Origin: Tubiluchus corallicola
Lineage: Eukaryota; Animalia; Priapulida
Direction: 5' to 3'
NCBI GenBank assembly: GCA_030141605.1
Contig: JAQGDQ010000210.1
Span: forward strand, 124,001 to 188,000
Length of the DNA stretch: 64,000 nucleotides
Part shown: one piece after another, positions 1-12,900 of the stretch
Layout: each line of letters opens with the position of its first letter
How positions within the stretch are numbered: position 1 is the stretch's first letter
The notes under the pieces: generated by a model
Databases searched by the model: none
Seen by the model: only the letters and a program-made list of their open reading frames with translations
Told to the model about the DNA's origin: nothing
Made by a program: the position numbers and the translations under genes

Positions 1-1974
1 ATTCGCCAAATAACATTAAATTTTAAGCGTTCATAATTCCCCGGACAGCGCGTTTATGAGCGTATGACACCAGCAAGATCACGTGACTAAGCTATGCCAG
101 TAATTAACTCGATACAGTGCTTATTGTTCTCTTTTTAACAGAGCGACCCTTCACGACTAGTGAACAGCACAGCTTTTGGGTTACACATCGTATATTTCGT
201 CAACAGAACAACAGCGACAGTCGTAAACAGACTGTTTTTCTAAAAAGACGAAATTTTAAAGAAGAAAGTCAGAATTTAAATGATCGGCACACCAACGTTT
301 AGATATATGAGGCATAAATGTGCCTACCTAAACAGTTCTGAACCCGTGCTTGAAGAACACCAGGGATGACAGAGGCTAGGTGGGTGGGGATGGTGGAAAG
401 GGCAGGCAATCAACCGTCACAGAGGAAAATGAAAAAAGATGGAGACTAGGCAAATCATCACACTCAAATTTTTAATAATATCAATGTTAATAAATATCTC
501 AAGATTTACAACACTTTTAATTATGGCCGTCATACATGGCACCCTATCCTACCTTAGATATCGAATGCAAATGCCCCAGCGTATGCTTGGCTAACCAAGC
601 AGATTTGTACACAGACCGCGTGCATGTTTAAACTGCGAAACGATAAGCATGGGGGAAATTTTTAAGCCTGCAGATAATATTCGAGAATTTTATACCTTTT
701 GTAGTAAGACCCATTGACACGCTACTGTACGAACCAGACAAAAGAATGTCCCGCCAAGTACATAAAAACGATAATATAAAAACTGCTAAGCTATAAAAAC
801 GAATATAAAATAAGTTGTACGTTACGTGGTATGCTTTTGTCAAGGATTATTTAGGAAGATGGATGCAAAAAAAATTATTACCGACATGAAAAGGGAAAAC
901 ATTTACAATTAATGTTAAAAATGCTGATTTCGGTAAAAAGGAAGTTTTTATAAGCGGCCAAGAACACAATGAAGCCTTTAGATTTATATCCTAAACTTAT
1001 TACAAATATTTAATTTAATAACTATATTAACCACCAAACAATTAATTAAATTTTACGTTAATTTCTTAGTGTTTATACGGAATAATAAATAAAGTTCATA
1101 TAACAGCAATATGCACAATGAAACCCTTTAGAACAATCTTATAACAGTAATTACAGACAGAAATGTTTAAAATGAAAAGGTAAAAGTTGTAAATAGCAAT
1201 AATTTAGATATATTTATACGGAACTGCCCCAAGCTGCATCAATGAATTAAACATTAATTGATTATTATGCGCATGAGAGTATAAATTTATGACATACTTC
1301 ATTAATATGTGTATACCAGCTCAACCGTAGCTCTAGGCAACACTAAGTCATTTAAATTTGTCAGACAACTCATTGTACTTGTAAAGTTTCAATAAAAACT
1401 TTAGACAAGAGTAATTAAGCAGCTAAAAACAGCTGATATATAATCGGAAAACAGGATTTGAGAATTTCTTCTAAACATGATTAATTACAATAATGACAGC
1501 ACGCTAACCTTGCTTGGGTTTGCACTAGATAAAAGATATTGGTGCCATTTCACAAAGTATCTTTTATTGAAAAACATCTTCTTACAGGCGTGTATATGAG
1601 CGACTTTGATTATTTTCAAAATTCTAATTTATCAGACATTATTTGCCTAGCTTATCTAACGACTAGAAAAGGCTCATTTCCTATATAATCCATTTTATAT
1701 AGAAAAGAAAACATAAGAATAACAGGCTTGGTGCGGCTTACCGAAACATGGTGAATTTTGACCACGTTTGAAAAGTAAAAGCAAGGGATGCTTACTGGTG
1801 TCATAGTCATAAGTCATAAAATAGTATCAATATAACATAGTTTACATGACTATATCTACTTTTTGCTGGCCACGCTACAAACGTTGCACAGTTTTAGTAA
1901 GACTCACAGTTAGTGAGGCTCCCATATAAGCAGTGAGAGCAGCAGTAGGAAAATAGACACTCCATTACACTGTG

Positions 1975-2306
1975 GTGTTAGTTCGCAGAAGTACACAACC
2001 ACCAGGTTAGAATCTAGCAACAACCACACTTAGTATGGTACACTGTCAGTTTATCTAGTGTTAGTTCGCAGAAGTACACAACCACCAGGTTAGAATCTAG
2101 CAACAGCCACACTTAGTATGGTACACAGTCAGTTTATCTAGTGTTAGTTCGCAGAAGTACGCAACCACCAGGTTAGAATCTAGCAACAACCACACTTAGT
2201 ATGGTACACAGTCGGTTTATCTAGTGTTAGTTCGCAGAAGTACACAACCACCAGGTTAGAATCTAGCAACAACCACACTTAGTATGGTACACAGTCAGTT
2301 TATCTA
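1975..2306. repeat. 83-bp minisatellite, 4 near-identical copies
   Basis: Unit GTGTTAGTTCGCAGAAGTACACAACCACCAGGTTAGAATCTAGCAAC...GTTTATCTA starts at 1975, 2058, 2141 and 2224. Confidence 0.95.
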
Positions 2307-5300
2307 TTGACACGCCATAGAAGAATCCATCTAAGTGCAAACTTAGAATTGCAGATAATTTTGTTAGTCTGTTAAATAAAAAGAAGCTACTGGTACAAAT
2401 TCCATAATGAAGGTGAGCATGAATCAATAACCATATTAAAGTTTATGAATTAGTGAAAATCTCATATTGCAAACACGTTAATTTTTTGAAAGTTTGGAAA
2501 GCAAAAATGTCTCTCGGCGAAAACACTGTATAAACTTCATTACCTTAAATCGGCAGTAAATTTACAATAGTTACAATCAGACCTTATATCTATGTATTGT
2601 ATAAAGAAGTCAAATTCAAGAATCGTCATTAGATTTATCGTGACTTGCACTTTAAGGAGTCTGAATTGTCTGCAGCCTATATTTTTGAAATGAAACTACC
2701 ATTGCATTACAATTATGTTCACCCTTATTCATGACGCGTAACGTTAGTAACCATTGAAATGTTAGTTTTCAGGAAGCACTGTGGCAGAATTCTAATGCTT
2801 CAGGGGCCTTGAAGTTTAGTTTCTAGAACATTATTAATTTTTGATTGCAAAGATGCATGAAACACTTTCTTTAAGTCACATCAGTTCATTGTATCTGAAA
2901 GAACTTGCAGAAAGATTGCATTAGAAGTACGAGAGATTGGCTTTAAGCGTCAGTCACATTTCATTAATTTTACCAGGAAATCCTCTGCAAGAGAATATGC
3001 CACATGCAGGAGACAGGGCTACAGAAAAAGGACAGTTTAAAATGTGTAAAACCTTCACAGACGCTCCCAGTTAGCAGAAACCCTTGCGAAACAATGTGCC
3101 TGGAATAAAAGAGCAAGGAAAGTCATTAAACGAAACTAATTTAAAAACTCTGCAATGACAACAACACAACTTGGCAGATAGTCAAATTTTCTTAGCTAAT
3201 TAATAAACAGAGAAAAGCTGTAATTTTGTAATGATAGTAGCAGTAAAAACAATAATATTACAACAATTACGTAACAGATATAGGTTTTTAAAAGAAAAAC
3301 ACTAAACTAACAGCAGTAACAACAACATTGACACTATAGTTACGTAAACTTTCTTCAATTAAACTAGGTTTAGGTCTAAAGCAGACGTGCATGTAAGGTT
3401 CACAACGCAGATGAAAGATTTAGCGGCAAAAAAGTTAAGTAAAAACATGAACTATACTGTAGAAGAGCAAATAATCACTTGTAGTGGTTTTGTAGAGTGG
3501 TGTCGATTCTCTAAGTTTGAAGCATGTCGACTTGAACAGGAGAACGCTGTTGTTTTTAAGATCAGATATCCCGGCTGTCGGCGCAGTGTGGTGCAACGCT
3601 CGCTCGACAATAAAACCAAACAAACTCCAAAAATACACTGTCAGAGCTGATTAGGAGGGTGGCTGCAGTGCTTTTTGACAAAATAAAGCCAAGTGTTGAT
3701 TGGCGATTATTTTTCTAGTTTGGTAGTGAATATAGAAATGATTATTAATACAGGGTACTGCACCTAACGAGGAAGTCAGCGCATGTCTGTTTGTTCTTCT
3801 ACTCAATGACGAGGGATTTCTAAGAAAATAAATTCTCCGAAATCGATTTGGTACGAAAATTATGACGACTGTTCTTATCTTAGTTTCATTCGTATTTGTG
3901 TTTCCAATAGTAAATAACTGGACTCATTCAGAAATGTACACGAAATCATGTACCAATTGCCTACTATTCCAAAACACTTTATCTTCATGTTGTCCGACTC
4001 ATTTATTTCGGACTGTCCATCCGGAGTTCACTGTCCAGCCGATTTGATTATAATAACTTGGTAAATATCATAAAATATTACACTTAGCTTTAATGACACC
4101 GACGTTTTACTGGAAGAATTAGAAACCCTCAAATTTAACTAGACGACAAGTTATTTTACTCTGCTTGAGTGTAACCGGACAGGATGGATGCATACTTGAA
4201 TGAATGCACCTAGAATGCTGCACAAAGTAGACCCTACAATAGTTCAGCCTACCTACCAAGATTAATGTCCATAGTAAATCAGGTTTTAGAAGCTAAATTG
4301 CCCTCGCAGACGCAGACAAACAATGCACTTTTTTCAGAGCGACCGAATAATCGTCTCATGTAAACGTTCGTCACACCCTATCTCACAAATTCTCAATAAA
4401 TTTACGAGCCGGGTAGAGAGGTGTGGCATTGAGGAAAGGTGTCTAACCAACAGGCATCATAATTACACATTCATTTAGCTATCCTGACACACAAGCCACC
4501 TCGATACAAGCAACAGGGCAGAGAAATTAATTTGGGCCAAGGTCTAGCCCTACGGCCAAATTCCTTTCCAAATGCAGACGAGAAACCAGTTTCAAAGCTG
4601 TAATACAGGTGAAAGGTACAAGTTTTATAAGCATTATAATGCAAACAACAAAATTTAAACGGCCTACTAAGAAATTGGTCATGTAAAAGACTGGGTTATT
4701 AATTGAAAAATGTGTTGCCCGGATGAAAACATGTAACCTTGGGCGATTGACAAAGAGAGGAAAAAACAAGTAAAGTACATTATAAACATTCCAGTCTTTA
4801 TTGCAACATTTTCGGTAGTAGCAAAAAACGTATGGTGCTGCTCTCTATCAGTGTCATAAAGACCTATACGGTCTTTCGTAACCCAAGCAGGCTTTCTTTT
4901 GGGACATATTATGCGCAGTGGTTACACAGCCTGCAAACGCTAAAATTTTGGGCAAATATGACAGCCCAAAGTGGTTTCGGTGGGTGATTAGCGAGTGAAG
5001 TTAAACCTGGTCAGAATATGGGGAGGTGACCAAAAGAAAAACAACTATCTATCTTATTACAGTTCCCCTCCCAGCTAATTCTTTTGTTCAGAAAAGCTAC
5101 AAATGTGGCTAATTCAGGTACCGTTGCAAGTTCAGGGTGCCTTAGATGATGATCCTTAATAATGAGCTAGATGTCGGTCTTGCCACAATCATGTAAAGGC
5201 CTTGCATTAAGTACCGGTTGTATGTAGCCGGTTAAAAAGCAGTAAGCACTGTAAAAGACCCGGACCTAATATTGCAGACTACATATAAGAATTAATTTTA

Positions 5301-5894
5301 AACTCATTGTGTGTTCTAACAACAAATGGAGTGACAAACAGCAAAGAACTCTCTACTTGGTGATATCAAACGTGCAAAGCAGAGCTGTTTTCTTATTGAA
5401 CTTATAAGCAATTAAACTAATTGAATGAAAGACTAGAATACGTATGCTATGAAAGAACACTTTAGCAGCACCTGTGACCATACAATTTACATAATCTAAT
5501 CATATGAAGAATAATTACTCAGTGAACATCATATCAACAGAATGCTGAATATTTTGAAAAAAATCACTAATATGGCGCTTGGATAACTAAAGAAGCTTTC
5601 ATGTGTTTCAGCAAATTCAGCAAATCAAACCTGCTGAATAAATCATTTGGTATATTACATTTAGAGCACTCTCGTCTTGTAAGAAAACCTGTTTTTATAA
5701 ACAAAGTTATTATTCTACTGACTGCAGATTATTGCATCTCTCAGACTGTCACAAATAGGTACTAATGGTTGAATTAGGGCAATTTTCTGGTAAAATGTTC
5801 AGCTTGTTTCCAAGATTACCCAGTACCCTGATAAGCCGATAATGGAAAAAATCGGTCTTCTAAAATCTGGTTACTGTGGCTGCAGTTTACTACG

Positions 5895-6335
5895 TAAAAG
5901 GGAAGAACAAGTCACGCGGTATGATGGGTTTATTTTACTGTTATCACTTAAACTTTGAAAAATATAACAAAGAAATTTGCAAAGAAATGCCTATAAAGCG
6001 TAGATCTAAAATATACTACGTCTGGAATATAAATTTTCAAGCGTGGTGGGAGCCGCCATTTACTTGAAGACGTAACTGGGAGATTTCGTGACTTTTCGCA
6101 AGCGCGTCGTGGCTTTCCGTAAAGACGCGCTGCTTAAACTAATTCAAACTTGTGCAGCTTACCTAATGTTCAAGCAAAAATATTACAAAATTAGCTATCC
6201 ATTTTTTTGTAGAAACATTACACATTTGGTGAAGATTGACAGTGTGCTACGTTTCTTCAGGACAAATGACGTCATTGGAAGAAGAATGGGCGCTTAAAAT
6301 GGCAGCGCCCAAGCAGCAAGTGATCGTGATTTTCA
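5895..6335 (+). mobile_element. MITE family A copy 1 (TTAA/AGG-terminus, Kolobok/T2-MITE-like), right end missing
   Basis: Aligns by eye over ~440 bp with 17507-17876 and with the reverse complement of 51301-53180 and 63553-64000. Shared blocks include TGTTATCACTTAAACTT, GCCGCCATT(T/C)ACTTGAA, CAAAATTAGCTATC and ATGACGTCATTGGA. Confidence 0.8.
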
Positions 6336-7070
6336 CCATTTATATAGACTTACAAACTTGTGAAAAATTACGCATTAGTGACAAAAAGAATCATTAGAAA
6401 ACCGTGCCAAAGAATCCAAAATTACATTTTTTAAACCAAAGTTGACTGAAAGAAAGAAAATGAATTTCAAGCGCACACGAACCCACAGTTGTTAAGTTTT
6501 AAAACGAAACTAGATACAAAGGTAGGGTATGAAAAGGGGCTGCACCTGTATTTGAACTAGAGACTTTGGAATGAATGCAAGGCCAATGATATAGCAATTA
6601 GATCACAAAGCATTTTTACAAGTGATCATGACAGCTCTTAGGCAACTGAATTAGGATATGCCATGATCACAAGGGGGAGTGCTCTAGTGATCGTGGCAAT
6701 CAAGTAGTAGTCCAAAGGTTACTGAATCAAAGCCAGCGTCTATCACAACTTTTTCAGTTCTCTTTTTTGGGTCTTATTTAGTCTAAAAATGAGATAGCAA
6801 TCGTCTCGTTTCATCTTCAATCAATAATCTTAGAATTATGACTAAAAATAATTGATCAATTAACTAGTTTGTTTGCCCAGGTGTAAAATGACACTACGGT
6901 GCAAGCAACATGTCTGACTAGTCATTTCTGTTACATTACGATCACGTACACAGAAGTAGAAGGAAAAGCAATTACACAGTGACAGTTCATGACGTGCACG
7001 AATGTTATTCTTTAATTTTGCGCAAAGGCCACCACTACACGCAATATTGTAAGGTTATTTCTTGCTAAAA

Positions 7071-7450
7071 CAGGGTTCCCACGGTCATGGAAGATCCTGG
7101 GAAATCCTTGAAAATACAGGCTATCCTGGAAAGTCATGGAAAAGTCAAAGAAAAAAATAATTTGGTAAAATGTCAGGGAAAATGTTACGAAAATGGGGCG
7201 AAAAATCGGGGAAATTGGAAAGAGTTGCAAAAATAATCACCTACGGCAGGCTCCCAGTTTCTATTTCTGTTCCAAAAATAATTATTGACCGACACATTAT
7301 ATGCCAGTATATGTATGAATGTCCTTACACAAAAATGTCTGAACATGTATACTGGTAATGCAATTTCTGCTCACCTTGGTAGTGAAAAATCAAATTTTGG
7401 TCAGGGAAAAGCCTCGAAAATTTATTTTAAAAAATCTGTGGGAAAAACGT
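7071..7450. mobile_element. Probable non-autonomous DNA transposon (hAT-like CAGGGTTCCCAC terminus)
   Basis: Starts CAGGGTTCCCAC and ends with a degenerate inverse (GTGGGAAAAACG). Internal subterminal repeats GTCATGGAA / GTCAGGGAAAA occur near both ends. Confidence 0.5.
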
Positions 7451-8305
7451 TTCAGCTTGTTATGTTCCCCCTTAACAACAGTGACAGGTTCTATCAGAGT
7501 GACAGGATCAACGTGTCACGTCTCACAACCGAAACCCTGCGTTTCCATAACAAACAACGAAACCGCGTATGTTTTCCTTCACAGAATAATCAAGAGCCTA
7601 TATACCCTGATGATGGGTTCAAGGGAGCAGACGGAGAGTGCAAGAGAAACAGAGAGAAAGAGAGTACACATCTGTTACCATAGCACCGGGAAGCTGCTGC
7701 AGACGTATACAGTACTATGTAATAGGCAAATGCCAATGTAAATTAGCAGCGGCAGGCTGATAAAGTGAAAATGTGCGTTATTAGAGCTTAGATTCCTGGC
7801 AACTTACTCTAAATTAATTGAGGTTTCTGCGACGGGGTAGTCAGCTTAGGAGATTAATGAGAAAGTGAAGCAATGCCGCATAAGAGTCCAAAGCAACTCA
7901 TGAACGCGATGCAAGGCTAAATTCTGTAAATTAAACTTGCAGAAAGCACTTGAGCGGAACTGATCTGAAACTTTACACAGTGAGGTTAAGTGCTTCAAGG
8001 GTCTGGAAAAACGCAATATGAGAGGAAGGACTGCAGGGGCACACTGAGTTCCAAATCATTAAACAGAAAGAAACAGCAAACTTTGGCAATATGTAAACTG
8101 CCTTTCAAAAATTCTAATCCATCTTTAATCTAAGACACTTTTATTTAGAATGAAAGAATCATCAAACGTCTCCTGTTACTGGTGATAAAATACGTAATGG
8201 GATGATGAGATTAGTTGTTATTACTGTACCAATCTCCAGAGCACGCAGAGAAAAGTAAAAGATTCAATACTATGAATATGATTGTCCTTCAAAAAGCAAC
8301 TAATA

Positions 8306-8808
8306 AAGCACTGTAAAAGACCTACATTTTGATAAAAACTCAAAAGACCTAACAGTGTGCTATAAAGGACCTACATTTTGATAAAAAGCCCAAAAGACCT
8401 AACGACACACTATCAAGGACCTACATTTTGGTAAAAAAAACCCAAAAGACCTAACGACACACTATCAGACCTACATTTTGGTAAAAAAACCCAAAAGACC
8501 TAACGACACACTATAAAGGACCGGCATTTTGGTAAAAAAACCAAAAGACCTAACGACACACTATCAAGGACCTACATTTTGGTAAAAAACCCAAAAGACC
8601 TAACGACACACTATAAAGGACCTACATTTTGGTAAAAAAAACCCAAAAGACCTAACGACACACTATAAAGGACCGGCATTTTGGTAAAAAAACCAAAAGA
8701 CCTAACGACACACTATAAAGGACCGGCATTTTGGTAAAAAAACCAAAAGACCTAACGACACACTATAAAGGACTTACATTTTGATAAAAAACCAAAAGAT
8801 CTAACGAC
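8306..8808. repeat. 50-bp minisatellite, ~10 copies
   Basis: Unit CTATAAAGGACCTACATTTTGGTAAAAAACCCAAAAGACCTAACGACACA; period 49-52 because the A-tract length varies. Confidence 0.95.
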
Positions 8809-9150
8809 TAAAAAGTAGAAAAGAATTGCATTTTTATTTGCAATTAAAAAAACATTCAGACAGTATAGACACAGAATCTTGTTTTTAAAACAACATTTTA
8901 TTCACATGCAATGCTTGGAAAGCTTTCAACACGAGAGAGTTATATTGTCGAGCTATGCGGCAGTAAAATGTTTGTTGATCATTATCTTTGCCCGTTTTTC
9001 TTGCTGCATCCAAAGACTTTACAGCCATCATTAAAGAAAAGTTTTCCACAACTTGCAGGCATCTGTGTAGGGCCGATGGATGTGAAATTTCACAGTAAAT
9101 TATAGCAAATCCTGGCTCGTTAACGCAATGGTCTTAAAGGAGCAAGTAAA

Positions 9151-9995
9151 TAGGTCCTTTAGAAACATGTAGGGTCCTTTAGAAACATGTAGGTTCCTTT
9201 AGAAACATGTAGGGTCCTTTAGAAACATGTAGGTTCCTTTAGAAACATGTAGGTTCCTTTAGAAACATGTAGGGTCCTTTAGAAACATGTAGGGTCCTTT
9301 AGAAACATGTAGGTTCCTTTAGAAACATGTAGGTTCCTTTAGAAACATGCAGGGTCCTTTAGAAACATGTAGGGTCCTATAGGAACATGTAGGTTCCTTT
9401 AGAAACATGTAGGGTCCTTTAGAAACATGTAGGGTCCTTTAGAAACATGTAGGTTCCTTTAGAAACATGTAGGGTCCTTTAGAAACATGTAGGTTCCTTT
9501 AGAAACATGTAGGGTCCTTTAGAAACATGTAGGGTCCTTTAGAAACACGTAGGTTCCTTCAGAAACATGTTGGGTCCTTTAGAAACATGTAGGTTTCTTT
9601 AAAAACACACAGGGTCCTTTAGACACACGTAGGTTCCTTTAGAAACATGTAGGGTCCTTTAGAAACACGTATGTTCCTTCAGAAACATGTAGGGTACTTT
9701 AGAAACACGTAGGGTCCTTTAGAAACACGTACGTTCCTTCAGAAACATGTAGGGTACTTTAGAAACATGTAGGGTCCTTTAGAAACACGTATGTTCCTTC
9801 AGAAACATGTAGGGTACTTTAGAAACATGTAGGGTCCTTTAGAAACACGTAGGTTCCTTCAGAAACATGTTGGGTCCTTTAGAAACATGTAGGTTTCTTT
9901 AAAAACACACAGGGTCCTTTAGAAACACGTACGTTCCTTCAGAAACACGTAGGTTCCTTCAGAAACATGTAGGTTCCTTTAGAAATATGTAGGTT
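9151..9995. repeat. 20-bp minisatellite, ~42 copies
   Basis: Unit AGG(G/T)TCCTTTAGAAACATGT in exact 20-bp phase. Confidence 0.97.
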
Positions 9996-12900
9996 GCAGC
10001 GCCTCAACTTTGGTTCCTTCCTGTCGACTTCAGGTTTTATATTTTATATGTTAATGTCACCTCAAAATTAATTTTTTTTATTTTGGAAAAACGTTTCATC
10101 ATTTTTTAAAATAATAAACTGGTAGTGTAAAATAATAATAACAGTAATAATAAAGGTAGAAAAAAATCTAGTATATTGTACTGTCATTAAAAATAATTTA
10201 GCTGCACTTCAATAATTTTTTAAACAAAGCTAAAAAGAAATCTTACCACTTTCGCTTTGCTCCAAAACAAAATGTCTTCAAAGAAATTAATAACTAAATA
10301 CGACGCATATGGAAATTTCTAATCTAAGGCTCCATGGGTGGCCTCAGCTATCACAGACACGCCACCGTGCATACATCTTTGCCAAATAAGCCCACGTTCA
10401 AATAATCTGCAATAAACAAAAAAGCACAATTTTATTTTTGATAAACAGCCTGTCGCCATTAATGTACTAATTTTCAACATTTCTGTTTAGATGCGCCGTT
10501 TTGCTATGATCTAAATTATGTTAACTATGTTAGCATAAATAATAAAAGCACTTTGCATGAATCCCGAAGCAGTTAGAGAAAGAGCCACTGGTGTAATTCT
10601 ACAGATCAAGAAGCTCCTCAAGGCTTCACAAAGAAGCCAGATGAGATTGTTCCACAATTCTTAATGACACGCAGAGTTTTTGCCAGACCTAGAACATGTC
10701 TGATGGATTTCTAACAGCTTAAGAGGTCAATTATCTAGTCTTGCAGGCTTAGGCTAATCTGTTACCATCAGAATTCAGAATGCTGTACTAACGCCTGTTG
10801 ACCATAGTTAAAGGAAAATCAGTTTATAGTTAATTTTGTTCGTCTTCGCTGTTACTTTCACCATTCACTAGTTAGATGTACACTAGCGCCTGCATCTGGA
10901 AACGTGTTGTACAAAAAAGTGTTCAGTTGTGACATAGTGCACACGTTCGAGAGCTCACGTGTGAGCACAGACGTACATTTGAAATTTGAATCTTAAACTT
11001 AAAATTTGCTGTGTTTTTGTATGTGACACTGAATGATGACAATAGCACTGTACTCCAAATTTCGTTCTTGCTAACACATGCAACACAGAAAGTGTGCTGT
11101 TGAAAGATTTGTTCAGTTGTGATGTCATCACTAGTGTGTGCTTGCCAGTTTTCAATTAAGTTTTCAACCTATTACTAGTTATCAGAAACGCTTTGGTATT
11201 AGCTAGCTTTTAAATTGCACATTTTGCCGTAGTTCAAAATGGAGTAGGATACGAAGTCTTCATGCTTTCCTTTAAAAGAAATCAACCACAAACAGGACAG
11301 TAATGTTCAGGATTGCAACCATTGCACTAAAGTAGGCCAAATAGCACTTTACAATGCTGAAATGGTCTAAAATCCATCAAAATCTGCATTCAATGACATC
11401 CTCGTGCACTCTACCTCATTTCACCCTCGCTGTGTAACTACATAGACCTCTGTTCAGTCCTTTTATTGACGTTTAAATGGTATACACTTTTAAACAAAAT
11501 GTTTATTGGCATTGACTAACAATGATGTTTACAGAGACTGTCAATACAACTGTCACTAAGACTAACAGTAAAAACTCAACGCTGTTAGTATCAAATAACT
11601 TTGTCTAAATTAGTTTTCCATACGCACACCGAGAGGGCGACACAGTAAAGATCAACACCATATATGGCCTGCTCCTCTTCCTCTATTTTCTCATAAATGT
11701 TGAAATAACACAAACCACACGAGCTGCCCCCCGAAGCTGCACCGCGAAGCCAGGCTTTACCACTATACATTCATAACAATCAAGCGTGTAAGTGGAGACT
11801 ATACTAATATTACACTAAGTGAACGAACGAGCATTTTTGACGTTTGGGGTGAAGGCCCTGCTCAAGATAGTAGGCAATAACTCAATGAAGTTTTACTGGG
11901 GGTGAGTTTACAGGCATCCAGTGTGTGGGTAGTGAGAAATATCAAAGATTGTTGTCACACACTCCCGGTTTGGTAAATCTTATGCCAGTTATCCCTCTTC
12001 AATAATATTAATAACACAAATCGCTTGCACGTAATTTAACTAATCAATACAATTTTGTACAAAGTATGCTCGCAGTAGGGTAACTAATATGGGTAACGTA
12101 CAACCACTTCAAGATACACCTCACATTTTATCATTCTCTTTTCTACCCGGCGGTAATTTGTCTGCTCTACTATTGGCTTCAACGCATCACCATCAAAGCG
12201 TGCAGTTACTGTAGAACAGCCTGGGCAGGCCACTCTACGGAAAATGTTTATTGCTAATATGGTAAACATGGTTTTGGAATAAACACAAGGATCACACAAT
12301 ATGCATTTTTTAGTTTCAAATATTGTCAAACAATACATTGTGTCATTGTTCGGTTGTATCCAATGTTACTATACAATCGCAGTGGCTCCCTCTTTCATTG
12401 TAAACAGTATTTGCCATCACACTATTTTCTCCCAGTGGGTAACATCGTACCCTGGGTCACATGACAAACAGCCAATCAATCAATAACAAAGGACGGCGTC
12501 ATAATTATTGATTACGGCAGATTGGATAATGCATGCGCGTATTAAGTGTGGTGCATGGAGACAAGAACAGTGCCTTAATTGTCTGGCTTCTAATTACGCA
12601 TAACTCCCTATCCGGCATGTGTACGATAAATATCTGTCATCACTACTCTGCTCATGTTTCCGATTCTTTCCCAGCTGGATTTACATTCGAAAAGCTAAGG
12701 CCAATGTAAACGATCTCATTCACAACGGAAATTAATTTAAATAATTATGGCCTAATTAGAAAACTTTTAAAGAGTACAAAAAGAAATTTCTGTCTTTTAC
12801 TTTCCTGTGTGTTCTACATGCGGTTACTTGCCGTGCAATTTGCTGCGGCCTGAAAAAGGACAAAAAGAGGGTAGGACGCACGAATATATAGGAATCCTAT

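Noticed and set aside
10808-11275. TTAAAGGAAA...TTTCCTTTAA as another MITE
   Set aside because: The inverted match is only ~6 bp beyond TTAA in AT-rich DNA, so it is plausible but unsupported.
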